DNA of 63,737 nucleotides, filler included, from Welwitschia mirabilis (taxonomy: Eukaryota), in assembly GCA_051453625.1 (NCBI GenBank). It is 6 parts of one record of this genome, joined end to end, with 100 filler letters (N's around TTAATTAATTAA, not from the genome) between each part and the next. Parts side by side here need not be neighbours in the genome. Positions count along the whole stretch, not along the records: positions 23,141 to 33,450 come from JBOZIK010000001.1; positions 33,551 to 55,265 come from JBOZIK010000001.1; 4 more parts are not named here. One strand, 5' to 3'. The translations under genes and the position numbers were made by a program. Positions 27,205 through 40,445 of this stretch are shown piece after piece. The notes under the pieces were generated by a model, which was not told the DNA's origin, did no database searches, and saw only the letters and a program-made list of their open reading frames with translations. The number at the start of each line of letters is the position of its first letter. The stretch's first letter is position 1.

Positions 27205-28919
27205 TTATCTAGACTTAGAACATTATAATACATTATAGTGATACAAAAAGGAACAAAAAGATTTATTCAAAGGATGTATAACATGACCTCAAAGAATTAT
27301 TCAATAAAGAAAGGAACATGTAATACAAAATTAAACTTGTTTATGATGAGAAAGATAAGCTTCTTTTTTATGCAAACACTTTGTAACCTATCATTAGATA
27401 ATTATTAGGGAACTATAAAGTCATATGCAATGCCATTCTAACACTTTAGCTCTTCTCTACAACACTTCCCATGCCATCTCCATATAACATGAAGGGATAC
27501 TTATTAATAAAACACAATTATTCCAATGCTCTTTTATTAATTTTGATTTGCTAATGGAGATGCTATACCAAGTCTTGTTCTCAAAAAATGAGAATCTTTC
27601 CCTTGTAGGATTTATGAGTAAATACAAAGTTTATTTATTGTTACATAGAACATTAATTTTATCATGCTATTTTTAATGGGATATCTAATTAAATAAAACC
27701 TCATGTTCATGTTTTTTCATCCCTCGATGATAAATAGCATTCTTGTATAGTACAAAGTTTTATGTATTATCATAATAACCATTAATTTCTTATTATTGTA
27801 ATCAAACAACTTGGAAGCTTACACAAGTAGGATTGATCTACATTGATTATCGGGTAAAAAAAGTAACTACAGGTTGTATAATAATACTTTTTTGCTTTCT
27901 TGTTATTTATAAATTAAAATGAGTTTCTTTGTTAACAAACAAATATCAGTACTAAAGGTTATGATATGGAATCACACCATTTAAAACAAGATAATATTAT
28001 TTGTTAATTATTAATAACTAATACAACTTGATATTTTACAAATCATACTTCTCTTATTCAAAGTGTTTTTAAATTTAGTTATCCACCTGCTAATAACTAG
28101 ATTATTAATAACTTCTTCATGATTTTGACTTTTTACAATCTCCCCTGAAATTATGGCTTATTCTTGGGTGCTCGTAATTTTTAATCTACTTCTACCTTCT
28201 TGAACTTGTTTCCTTATAATATATGTATAAAAGATAAAGTTATTACCCATACATTCATTGCTTTAAAAACTATTTCAATAATTTTTTAAATTTCTTTTTA
28301 TAAAATAATACTCTAAGAATTCATTAAGACTATGTTTGTTCTATATCAGATGACTGCCACGTTACATATTTTCAATTGTCCATGTAATGATGACATGGTT
28401 CATTACAGGCAGGAACCTCTCCCTAACCCCTTATCTTCTTATGCCCTGATCGATAGGCATGTGTAGAATGGTTTTAACTGAACTCACCCTGCTCACACAC
28501 TGTGGGTGCTTGATGATTGCCCTGGAGCTGCTTGCACTGGAGCTTTGGTTTTCTTAAATTAATTTTTTTAAGTAATAGTTTTATATGGTTTGCCATCAAT
28601 GAATTAACTATTACTTTCTTTCTTGAGAGTGAAATGGACATTATTCTTGGACCAATAGCATGACATCCAATACTATTTTTCCCTAATATTATAATTTAGC
28701 TGAGAGGCCATCCCCACCCACTGAATTATCTGGGATGACATTACTCTCTTTTTTTTTTTATTGCCCAATGGCTGTCCACTATCTTCCTGTGCTTAAGGTA
28801 ACGCGTTGATTTTGAAATTCACAACAAAAAATTACCAATTTACCACGAGGACTATGTGAATATGCTGTTTCATTTGTTTAAAGTAATAGGACATCTCAGA
28901 ATTTATTGGTTCAAAATAA

Positions 28920-30300
28920 ATCAAAGCAACTTATTGAGCTATCTAGACTTAGTGCAAAATAGAGGAAATGATTCAACATACTCTTATCACATTTAGTACT
29001 ACAAGAATTTAAGCAGGAAGATATCCAACCTCTACACATGATAATTCAAGGAACAACAGGATTAGAAAAATCTTTTCTAATTCATGCTATTAGAAATGAA
29101 TTTAAAAAGATGTGTCCAAATAACACAGGTCTTATTATGATTCTAGCATCAACTGGAGTTGCAGCATACAATATCAAGGGGACAACAATACATTTAGCAT
29201 TGGGTATTAAGATCGGTGACTATGAGTCTGCTTCATCAAGACAATTACTACGTCTTCAAGAATAGCTAAAAAATGTCAAGTACATCATTTTTGATGATAT
29301 GAGTTTCATAGGTGATAAGATGTTAGTTAACATTGATAAAAGACTTAAAGAGATATTTCCAGCTTATCAACACATGAGTTTTGGTGGAAGGTCTATCATA
29401 TTAATAGGTGATCTTACACAATTACCTCTAGTGAAGGATTGTCCACCATATAATGATACTGAGGAAATGAAGGCACTATGGAGATCATTTGATACTGTTG
29501 TTGTATTAGATGCAGTATATAGATAAAAAGGAGATGATCCAAATCAATGAAGGTTTTGAAAACTATTGATGAATATAAGATATGGTCAAGTTTTAGATGA
29601 TGATTATGAGTTTATAATGATAAGATCTGAACTTCCTTCTACATCAGATGGAATGGATGGTTTTGAAGATTCAATTCTTCTATTTACCATCAATTATATG
29701 ATTTCCACATATAGTAGAAATTGTTTGTTTCAAATGCAATCATCCATTGCATGATGTATAGCAGACAGATCACGCAATTTAGTTAGATATAATGATGTTG
29801 ATGGCAAATTAAAAATAGAGCTTTTTATCTATCAAGGAGCTAGGTTCATGCTGATTATGAACATATGTCCTAAAGATAGATTAGTGAATGGGTCTATGGG
29901 TGTTATTAGATCAATAGTTTATCATCTAAGAAAGAATTTACCTAATCTTTTAACCTATGTGATGGTTGAATTTGATACCTATACTAGAGTTTCTTTTGAT
30001 GAATCAAGTCTAATTACAATTCCCATCATATCTTTCTTTGGAGATTCAATAAAAAAACTACCTCTCAAACTCGCATGGGCATTAAAAATTCATAAATCTC
30101 AAGGGTGGACACTTAGTAAAGCATGCATAGACACTAGTGCCAAAGAAATGTCAGGACTAACCTTTGTGACTCTTTCTTAAGTGAGGTCCATATAATTAAT
30201 GAAGATATTCCATCCATTCTCTAAACAAAGATACAAAAAATTATCCAAGGGTTCTAACTTAGAAAAGGGGATGAAGGAGTGTGATGACCTAAAAGTTACA
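28920..30300 (+). pseudogene. Pif1-family SF1B DNA helicase, intronless and decayed; probably from a rolling-circle (Helitron/Helentron-like) element
   Basis: All motifs in order: IIQGTTGLEKS (I), LASTGVAAYNIKGTTIH (Ia/Ib), YIIFDDMSFIG (II), FGGRSIILIGDLTQLPLV (III), LDAVYR* (IV), LVNGSMG, LPLKLAWALKIHKSQGWTL (V), GLTFVTLS*V (VI). In-frame stops present. Confidence 0.92.
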
Positions 30301-30510
30301 CTGTTGAAAATCTTCAAACTTAATGCCTCAATACCAAAATGTAATGACCTAGACGTCTATAGTTGAAAAGTTCAAATCTCCTTCAAATTATTAGCTCTAA
30401 TACCAAAATGTAAAGGCATAACATTATATGGTTGAAAATATTCATAAACTTGATGCTATAATACCAAAATGTAATGCGCCAAAATTTGATGGTTGAAAAA
30501 TTCAAACTCG
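30281..30510. repeat. ~60-70 bp tandem repeat x4 directly after the helicase
   Basis: Units containing gttgaaaa..ttcaaac..aataccaaaatgtaa recur at about 30281, 30341, 30411 and 30471. Confidence 0.75.
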
Positions 30511-30916
30511 CTCAGGTATCCAAATAATAAAACCTCTCTACATAATTAAATCTAAAGCTAAAGACTTAATATTAGTCTAATAAAAATTGTATGAGATGTA
30601 ATTTAAAATGTTTAAAAATAATAAACTAAAGTATTTTTTAATTTAAAACACCACATTTTTATTCTAAAGAGCACGGATTAAGCTCATGTCTATAAAAATA
30701 TGTTTTAGACATTACATTCAAGTATTTTTTATGTTTAAAAAAATAAAAATAAAAAATAAGAATGTAGTAAACAAAAACATTTGAAGATAAAATGGACTAT
30801 GTTTTTGGCTAAAAACACCTAGGTTTAATCCCAAAGGGTACAGATTAAGCTCATTTTTATAAAAATACTATTTAAAAGTTACATTTGAGTCCTTTAAACT
30901 TTTATTAAATAAAAAG

Positions 30917-31207
30917 ATGGATGTTAATTTCGATAAGAAAAAGAATATTTTTTTTGAGAAGAAATGATCTGCTGATGCATAAGAGAAAGAAAAACACTGA
31001 TGTGAAAAGGCAAACAAGATCACATTGAAGAAGGTAACCAAATCTAAGATTTTATGAAAAAGGCACATAAGCAACAATGCAATAAAAGCAGCTAAGAGAA
31101 ATATGGATACTAGGAAGAAATTTAACCACACAAAAGGGATGAAAAGGATACATGTAGGCTTGGAAGGAATCAATAATGCATTACTAAAAATCATTATAAT
31201 ACAATAG
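30917..31207 (+). pseudogene. Decayed basic/helical ORF of unknown identity
   Basis: 97 codons from ATG to TAG. The four internal stops (3 TGA, 1 TAA) are all revertible by T>C to Arg/Gln. Confidence 0.35.
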
Positions 31208-32214
31208 CAATTACATTTTAAATGATCTATTTCTTTTATTTTATAAGTGCCTTCTTGATGTAATGGTAAAAGAACAAATAGTAGAAGGAAAGGTCACCAT
31301 TACAATTCTATAACCTCTCCTTTTCTTTTATTTTTTTTATTATGAAAAATAAATATCTAAGAAAATACATTAAGAAAAAAAAAATCTAATAGATGCATGC
31401 TTTATTAACTTAAAAATTAGATACCACTGTTATACAAGAACTACTATTTTTTCATCAATAAAATATTACCACTTAAGACTTAAATACCATAATAATTTCA
31501 AATGCAAGGTTACAAGGAAAACAATCAATAAAAATCATCTAGGAGTTACAAAATTACTCAAGCAATTATTTTTAAAAATGATAAAATTCCATAGTAGATA
31601 CCAAGCTTAAAATCCTTTCACATCATTCATCAAAGCATTTCCTACAAAACAGGCATGGTATGAGAACTGTACCTCCATAGTTCCCAATATGGTCCATGAT
31701 AAGGTTTAAGGTAAGAGGGTTTTCAAGAACAAGAAAGAATCCACAAAAAATATTAGATGACCAAAATCTCATGTCAATACAACAATCAAGGTATAATATC
31801 CAGATCTCACAAAAATGTTCAAGGAATAATATGAATAGTATGAACAGTATGAAGAGTATGAATACTATGCCCTGTCAGAGGGGTTTTAATTATCCATTAT
31901 CTACTAGATCATTCCTATGGCCAATAGGAACCCTCAGGTGGGATAACTCCTAAAGCCGCATATATTATGCAATAGCTAGATGGATAACCATCTAAACATT
32001 GATAGCCACTCCTAAAGTCAGTAGGATCCCTTTAGGTGGCCCAACCCTTGAAGCCACATGATTTAGTCACAACAAGAAGTTTAAAGCATCAAAGATGAAT
32101 CATAGAAAGGATATGTAAGAGGAAAGATTTATTTTAAACATGTGAAACATACAAGAGTCATTTAGCACATATAAGAGATAAACAGATTTGCATGAATCAA
32201 AAAGAGATCAAAGA

Positions 32215-32470
32215 ACACCATAAATCATACAAGAATGAAGATGAAAGACCAAAAAACCAGACAAGAATAAATAAAAACCATAAACCATACAAGAATAAAG
32301 ATGAAAGATCACAAACCATACAAGAATTAATGAAAACCATATACCATACAAGAGATTATGAAAAACCAAAAACCATACAAAAAAAAGAAATGAAAGACTA
32401 TAAACCATACAAGAGATTATAAAAACCATAAACCATATAAGAAATTAATGAAAAGAATAGAACCATATCG
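32215..32470. repeat. Degenerate ~27-31 bp tandem repeat (aaaccatacaagaat...)
   Basis: Core a.catacaaga recurs about 8-9 times. Confidence 0.85.
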
Positions 32471-32632
32471 ATTTTTAAGAAGAACTTAAGATCTTAGAAA
32501 GGTTGCAAGACTCCAAGGCTTCCTAGGCTCTAAGACTCAGTAGCAAATGTTTCTCCACAAATAAAAGTGAGGGAAAAGGAGGAGAAATATCATATTTATA
32601 ATGAAGGGTTGGTGGAATGTGAAGAGTTACAA

Positions 32633-32829
32633 GCATATGAGGATAAATGAAAGTTGGCAAAGATTCCTTGCATATAAAAATAAATGAAAGTTTATTAGAG
32701 AGTCCTTGCATATGAAGACAAACAAAATTTTGGCAGAGATTCCTTACATATGAGGACAAATGAAAGTTGGCAGAGGTTCCTTGCATATGAAGACAAATAA
32801 AAGTTGGAAAAGATTCCTTGCATATGAAC
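32633..32829. repeat. 37-38 bp tandem repeat, about 5.3 copies
   Basis: gcatatgaggacaaatgaaagttggcagagattcctt units start at 32633, 32670, 32708, 32746, 32783 and 32820. Confidence 0.92.
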
Positions 32830-35224
32830 ACAAAATATCGTGAATGGGGGCAGTTATATGCTGGGGATTTCTCTTACCTTTTCAGGCCACTAAGAAAATA
32901 ATAAATAATAATTAAGCTTACATAAGTAACAACAATTAGCAGTAATTAAAACATTCTATAACATAATATCAGTTTTGATAAAAATAATAACTCTACACAT
33001 TAAGTATCTTTATTTAAAATAATTTCAAATTCATATCCATAACTCACTGACATTTTTCAAAATAGGCAATGCATAAGTCAAAGCACAAAATAATATTCAT
33101 GAAACTATTACAAATTAAAAAAAAATTCAAGATTTAGCATGAATTATTAGCTTTAAAATATTTAATCTTAAGTCTTAAAATTTGGGATGTGACAAGGAGG
33201 AGTAACGTTTAACAAGTCTAGAAGTATAGAATTCATTGTCATTGTAATATTTTGCTAGTTCATGTATAGTGTACATTTTTATAGAGTAATAAAAAAATTT
33301 ATTTTAATCAATGAAATATTATTATTTCATCTTTTACTCCTTGTCTATATTATTCTCTGATTATGTTCACTAAAACAAATTCAGATTTATTTATAACTAA
33401 AGCCAATGTTTACTTTATAGCATGTTAAAAAAATAAATTAAATACAAATANNNNNNNNNNNNNNNNNNNNNNNNNNNNNNNNNNNNNNNNNNNNTTAATT
33501 AATTAANNNNNNNNNNNNNNNNNNNNNNNNNNNNNNNNNNNNNNNNNNNNTATTTTGATTACTAATGATAAAATTTGTTTAAATGTTAAGATGTGCATAA
33601 ATACACACTACAACTATAGTTCTCAACCACTTATGCTTGTGTAGAATTGAATGCAAGTGAGGATGCAGACAAGAGCTAGTGGTTGTTATCTAGGTTTCTT
33701 CTACATATTTACTTCAATCATTATTAGATATTTGTGGATAATTTATGCTTTAATTTCTACTTTTTATGTCTATCAGATGTACTAGATAGGCGAGATAACA
33801 AACTTTTAGTTTTTATGTTATGGTTCTATGCAATAAGCAATTCTCCTTTTCTTTGAGGCTTATAGCTATTTTTCTAAAATTCCTATTAGACTATCTTGGA
33901 GACCAAATACTTATTTTGGGTTGACTATAGCAAGTTTCTTAATAACACATAGACAAATCTATCATGCCTTGGTCATGTATACATTTTTACATAAATAAAA
34001 ACTTGCTTATTTCTTGGAATCTATAGAACTATATATGATTTAAGCTATTATCTTTCTCTTTTTATAAGCGTTATTCTAGAAGAATTTTTTTGTGTATATG
34101 TATCTTGAAGTTAGTTTCTACTTTCATTAATAGCCATTTAGTTTAATCTTCATTAGCTGAAATGTAATGGGAGTTCCTCTAGTATTCTTTACAATTTATC
34201 ACTAAGTAAATCTATGGTAATTATGATTAACTTAACTTATTAATAGTTAAAATATCTTTTCATTAGATGAGATGACTGAATAAATATGTATTCTATAACA
34301 TGAAAACTTAGGAACTTTACCTCGTGATTTAGTATTGTACTTACCTCATATACAAAAATTTCATATTAACTCTCAGTGTTTAAATTATCAATGTATTAAA
34401 ACATTTAGCTGATTCTCCCTCTCAGTCCTAACTAATATTATACATTGTTAGAATAAGAAATGAGTTAAGTCTTAATATGTAAGTTACAATATTATCAATA
34501 TAAGTTACCCTCCCTTTTTCATGTGTTTTTCTTATTTTCTTTGCTATGAAACCCAAATCCCAAGCTCAAAGTTTAATGACCTTGAAGTTCATCCTTTCCA
34601 TGTGTCCCCTACTTTCCAATGCATCTTTATTTGATGCTCGTACTTAGGCATGCACTAGCTCCTTCCTTACATCATGTCAGCTCCTAGTTTCCTCTAGAAT
34701 TCTCAGCCTAGTCTTCCCTTGTGCACTTCAGTTGATACCTTGCATTCTTCTCCTCACCTGCACATCATTTCTGCCAACTGCTCTCCACTCCATCCTCACT
34801 GCTTACCATCATCCTTCATGTTCCCTCTGTCATTACCACATCAAATATGCTATGCCTTCTTCTTTACTACCCTGTGTCTTCTTCATGTATCATTACCTAT
34901 GTGTTGACACCTACTCAATACCCTTCAGTGCACTCTTTCTTCTTTCCAAATTACACCTTACACTATTTTTCTTCTAGCATTTCTATCTTAGTGATTTTGC
35001 TATCTCTATTGATAAACTGAGAGCCTTCTATTCTATGCTGAATCCTTATAAATTCTTGGTCCCTTCCTCACATATTTATATCTATACATAGTGTTTTCCT
35101 TATATTCACAGAAGGAACGATGCTAAAGAATGGTGCTTAATGATAACCATAATTGTCTGCACAACTATAAAATAATGATTTATCTCTATGTTCTACATTA
35201 AGTAACCTTATTTCCATGGATTTG

Positions 35225-36296
35225 TGTTGCGATGCCAATTTTTAGTTATTTGATAGGGTTGGATAAGTTATTTTGTAAAACTTTTATATAGGTTTGAGGT
35301 AAAATTATAAGGATTTTGGAGATATAAGAGGAAATCTTAGAAATATGTAATTCATATCAAAATTTGATGGATTAAAGGAACTTTCTGATACACAGAGCTT
35401 TAAAGAAGGATTATTGACAAAAATGCTAAGTTCTCTTCAAAAAAATAATTAAATAAGACTGTCATTCCCTATGTTGTCCCTATGATAGGCAGGATAACGA
35501 CTATTGATGTGGACCAATGAATCACTGCTAAGTCATCACTCTAAATCATCATTTATAATGTACTATCATTCCTAGCTCAGACAACACTGATATGTAACTA
35601 ACTCTGATAGCAACTTGTAACTATTTTGTTTGTTTCTGAGTTGTAAATAAGTGCGTCTTTCTGCACCTACCATTTATCCTTTTCTGCTATATTTTCTTAT
35701 AAATAAGTCCCCCTTCGATTCTCCTTCTCATCTTCATTGCATCAGACATTCTTATGATAGGAGATTGAAGGTTAGAAGATCCATCTTAAGTATTGTAAAA
35801 AAACATGCACTTGGTAGAGGGTTGTCTATCCTCCATTGATACCCGATTGTTTTATAACCAAAATGCTTATGACTTTTTAATGCAAAAACTTTGTTTTATT
35901 TTTTTTCATATTTACATATTCGTTTATTTAATAACCCTTATAGTCTATGTTGCCCTTGATATGATGACAATTTCTTGGATGATATAGAATATCAAGGGTA
36001 ACCTTTGTTAAGGCTAAAAGCAAGTAGTATTAATTCCAATTTTTATTTCATCTAGAATAGTTGCGTCTTGCATTTGCATTATATCTTTTATTTCTTACAT
36101 TGTTCTTTATTTCTAGTTTCTAGTATTATTTTGAAAATCAACCTAAGTATCATACTCATAGACTTCAATGTGAATATAACATTTCAGATCTACTCCCACT
36201 CATACTAGTATGATGTATCATGTAAAATATCTATTTTGGTTATAAATGATAAGATCTCTTTGAATGTAAAGACTTGCATAAATACACATCACAACA
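35225..36296 (+). repeat. 5' LTR of element B
   Basis: TGTTGCGATGCC...CATCACAACA, aligns with 42412-43549. Confidence 0.9.
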
Positions 36297-36299
36297 AAT

Positions 36300-36317
36300 T
36301 GGCACCATTGTCAGGGA
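36300..36317 (+). promoter_or_regulatory. PBS (tRNA-Asp type)
   Basis: TGGCACCATTGTCAGGGA, 3 nt after the LTR CA. Confidence 0.85.
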
Positions 36318-36987
36318 AGGCTATTGAGGAGTACAAGGGTTATCATCATTTGAATGAGTATATCAGACCTTTATTCAATTATTTGTCTATGTGATATTGT
36401 ATTTTATTAGAAAATGTAGGTTTTTTGTGTGCAGTATTTTAGTTTCAATTTTTTTGGTTTTAGTTTTCTCTAAAAATTTATGGTCATCCCCTTTGTTATC
36501 TTCATGACAGTCAAGATGATAGTGTTTTATTCTATTTTTTACTTTTAGTTTTATTTTTAGATTGTGATTTTCCTAAAATAAATTGGTTTCTGTCATATCT
36601 TATGATGTCTGAACAACCAAGTGGATGACAGTCCTATTTTCTGTAATTTTCACTTATTTTTTAGGTTTTTATTTTGTTTCTAATTTTTTGATGTTTGTGT
36701 GTGTCATCCCTTTTGTCGTCCTCATGATAGACAGGATGATAATATATTATTTTTTATCTATTTTCTATTGTTTGCTATTTGTAGGATGCTGTGCTATGAT
36801 CAACATAGAGAAAAGATATCAGAGAGAAAAGCTACTAATAGAAAAGAACATAAAAAAGGAATAGTGGATATAGAAAATAAATCAGAAAATCAATCTCTAG
36901 GTGCACTCAAACCTTCTTTCAAATTTATTTTTTTTTGAGTTAAATTTTCTTAACAAAAACTCTATAGAAGAAGAAAATCAATTCACA

Positions 36988-39604
36988 ATGTCGAGTGCCT
37001 CCCATAAGAAAAAAATAAGTTGTAGGATCTTTTACCCCTAATGCAAACTTTACCCTGAGGGAATTATTAGCAATTAAGAAAAGAGAAATTCAAATACCCT
37101 TTGACCTACTCCCAAGAGATGATGTTGAGCTTAAAAATTTACATGCCTATCCAACTTTTAGTGGAGAAAATAATGAGGATTCCTTGCAACACATTGCAGA
37201 TATTAAACAACTAATCCTTATACCAAGGAATTGGAAGAGAAAAATTAGTGATAGAACATACATGGTAATTTTTCCTATGACATTAAAGGATAAAGCAAAA
37301 CTTTGGTTAAAAACCATACCCAATAAAAGCTTAAAAACTTGGGATCAAGTCAAAAAAAACTTTTGTAAAAATATTCATGAGTGAAAAAATATGATCAAGA
37401 GGAGAAAAGAGGTAATGAACTTTCAACAAAAACCAAATGAAAATTATGCCTCCACTTATGAACATTTTTTCATAGCAATCTATTCTAATCTAGTAGATGA
37501 TTTTTCAAGAATAGAATAATTAGACTATTTTTATATCGGACTAACTCCCCATACAAAATAACTTGTAGATTTTTCTTATGATGGAAACCTTATAAACCTT
37601 ACATTATAATATGCTTAGATAAAATTATAAGAACTTGTGGAGGCTAGTTAAATATGGTCAAAACCTAAAGAAAATCAAATTGTTGGTTAACTCATCAAAG
37701 ACTTAAAAGAGGTTAAATAACAAAAAGATGTAGAATCCAATCCTATAAATTCCATAAAAGATTTTACAACAACCTTAGAGAAGTATGCAAAAATAATCTT
37801 AAATACCAAAACCACAACTAAAAGAAATTTTGTGCAAACTTATAACTTATGTGAGGATAATTATCATGTCATTAAAACTATCCTCTTTTGCCAACATACA
37901 AAGAAAGAATATGAGAAGAAGTTTATGCTTTTAACCAACCATTTTAAAACTTCTAAAATTAAAATTAAGAACAACTTAAATTAAACAATTATTTTCAAAA
38001 TAATTCTCAAATTTTTAGAAATTAATTCAAAAATTCAAAATACCCACCAAGTTCATCCAACTACCAACATCTAAATAATCTAATCACAAACCTTGTGGAT
38101 GAAATTAAACAACAAAATGCTAACTTTAAAAGACAAAATATGAACTTTAAAAGATCAAATGCCAACATGGAAAACTTAGTAAACATCCTTCAACAAATAC
38201 TATTGGTAAACCAAAGACCTTAAGAAACTTTAGCAAAAAAACCTTTACCAAATCCAAATAAACTAAGAAAATATTATAAGGTGGTGATAAGAAGTGGACA
38301 AGAAATAAATCCTCCTCCATGTGAACCTTTCACCTCTTAAAATAATGTTAGAAATAATGATGAAAAAGAAGAAGAGGACATTGAGATACTAGAACATTAT
38401 AACTTCTCTTCTCTTGGCAAAAAGAAAAATAAAAATACTTCCCAATAAATCATCTCCTAGATGGATAGGCTTAACAACAATTCAACTTTCAATAATCATC
38501 TAAACCCTTAATGAAAAACATAATCATAAACTTATCTTTTTAGAAAGTCTTACAAGAAAACCCAAGGTACTCAAAATTATTGAAAGCTAATAAGAAGAAA
38601 ACATAAATGAGTTATCTCTAAGCAAAGTCTTTCTTTCCTAATCCCTCATGAATTTAGTGTTATAAAAATCATCCAAATTTAAATATCCAGGAGTAGCAAT
38701 GGTAAATGTTACTTTGGAGAAAAACAAAATGATTAGGAAAGCCTTGATTGACATTGGAACGAGTCTTAATATTATGACACTTCATGTTTGTAAGAGACTT
38801 GGTTTAAAGGATAGAATAGATCCTACTCTGATTGTCTTAAAATTAGTAGATACATTAGTTAATAAACCATTAGGCATTATTAAATATTTGGCAATACAAA
38901 TTGAAGAGGATTACTACCCTATAGATGTGATCATCATAAAAGTTGAGCATAATAGAGGATACCCTTTACTTCTAGGTAGAGACTTTAGTGCAACCGCCTA
39001 CTGCATCATTGATATAGGAGCAGGAGCAATGAAATGTCATTTTGGAAATAGAATATTTACCATTAGAGTCTTTGATCTAGTTGAGAAAGATTTAGGTGAT
39101 GAAATAAACTTAGAAGATAACATCAAACCCACTTTATTTTTACAACATCATCAACTTAAAGAAAGAGAGATAAAATCAAATGAGCATGTGCTTTGTGATG
39201 ATCAAATTAAAAAAGAGAAAGAAATAAAACCTTTAGTGTGTGAGGAAGTCCAACTTTTTAAGAAAAAGTATGAGAGAGATTGTCCATTACATAAGTCAAA
39301 AATTAAAAATCATAATTTAAATTTTAATGAAAAAAATGTTTCCAATGTACTTGAATATAATTTTCTTTATGATAATCAAAATAAAACTCTTGCATTCAAT
39401 AAAAATCTTTTATCAAAGTTACCATTTCTATTACCTTTAACTTCTAAACTTTGTGCTTTAATATGGTATTATAGAGTGCTCTTCATTACTTTCTTTTTTA
39501 TTCAACTGATTTTATTTAGAAAGTATTGCACATCTATTGTGTTTTATCAATTGGTAAATTTTGGTTTGGACCTTATTTCTCTAAAAATATTGAGACTAAA
39601 ATAG
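36988..39604 (+). pseudogene. gag-protease of element B with hydrophobic C-terminal tail
   Basis: gag PTFSGENNEDSLQHIADI..FPMTLKDKAKLWL; PR ALIDIGTSLNIM..PLLLGRDFSATA. The final ORF 38699-39604 ends in a hydrophobic tail (LCALIWYYRVLFITFFFIQLILF) instead of RT. Confidence 0.88.
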
Positions 39605-40394
39605 ATCCTTGAGTTTCCCTTATTCTTTATTTTTAATAAATAATGTAAATTAGATTTGGGAATTGAATAAAATTTGCTTGCTTTGCCATTTTCTTTTTAA
39701 TTTTATGTTTTGATAGTTTTTGATTTCATCTTTTGTTTTTAGTTTTTATTTGTGTTTTCAGTTTCTATATTATGTTTTTTGTAATAATAATATATCATCT
39801 CCTATGTCATCCCCATGATAAGGTGAATGACAGTCACTTTTGTTGAATTTTTTAACTTTTTAATAAATTTTTGTGTTTTTTAATTTTTTGTTTCTTTGTC
39901 TCTGTCATCCTCTCTATTGTCTGGACAATGAGCGAGATAGCAGTCGATGACATGTTAATTTTTGTTTTTCTATTATTTTGAGAAAATACATTTTTATGAC
40001 TCTGTTAAAATTTCTAACTTGACTACTTAAGAATTTCATAAAGTTAATGGGTAAAATTTGGAATTACACAAGAAAATTGTCTAGATTTTCTCTTAGCTTT
40101 TTTCTTTGAAGGATTATTATGGCATTACTTGATTATCTTTCAAACATGATTTATGTATTTATTTTCATAATTAGTCTTTTGATTTGGGCATTTTAGAGGT
40201 AAGATTGTATTCATCCAATCTTAAAACATTCACACGTCTATAAACTTTAATTAAAGGAAGATGCTTTATTTTTGATATTTTTACTAATGATAAAAAGATT
40301 TTAAATTATTTAAGAGTATCATTTTTTTGTCTTAATATTATGATTTTCACCTTTGTCTTTTGGATTGTTTGGTCATGTAAAATGTTATTTTCTT

Positions 40395-40395
<1 letters not shown>

Positions 40396-40442
<47 letters not shown>
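40396..40442. repeat. (AG)n microsatellite, about 23 units
   Basis: Direct observation. Confidence 0.98.

Positions 40443-40445
<3 letters not shown>

Larger units (their letters stand above)
31640..33193 (-). mobile_element. Probable Gypsy (Tekay-like) LTR remnant(s)
   Basis: rc TGTCACATCCCAAATT at 33193 and rc TATAACTGCCCCC at 32858 resemble LTR starts. rc TATAAATA at about 32593-32600 lies downstream of U3-like tandem repeats. Boundaries and TSD not resolved. Confidence 0.4.

Noticed and set aside
31656-31667. TGGTATGAGAAC as a tRNA-Met PBS
   Set aside because: Two mismatches, no convincing LTR upstream or gag downstream. More likely internal to a minus-strand LTR.
32192-32831. Repetitive ORFs / CRISPR-like periodicity
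   Set aside because: Head-to-tail tandem repeats without unique spacers, in a plant repeat context with no cas genes.
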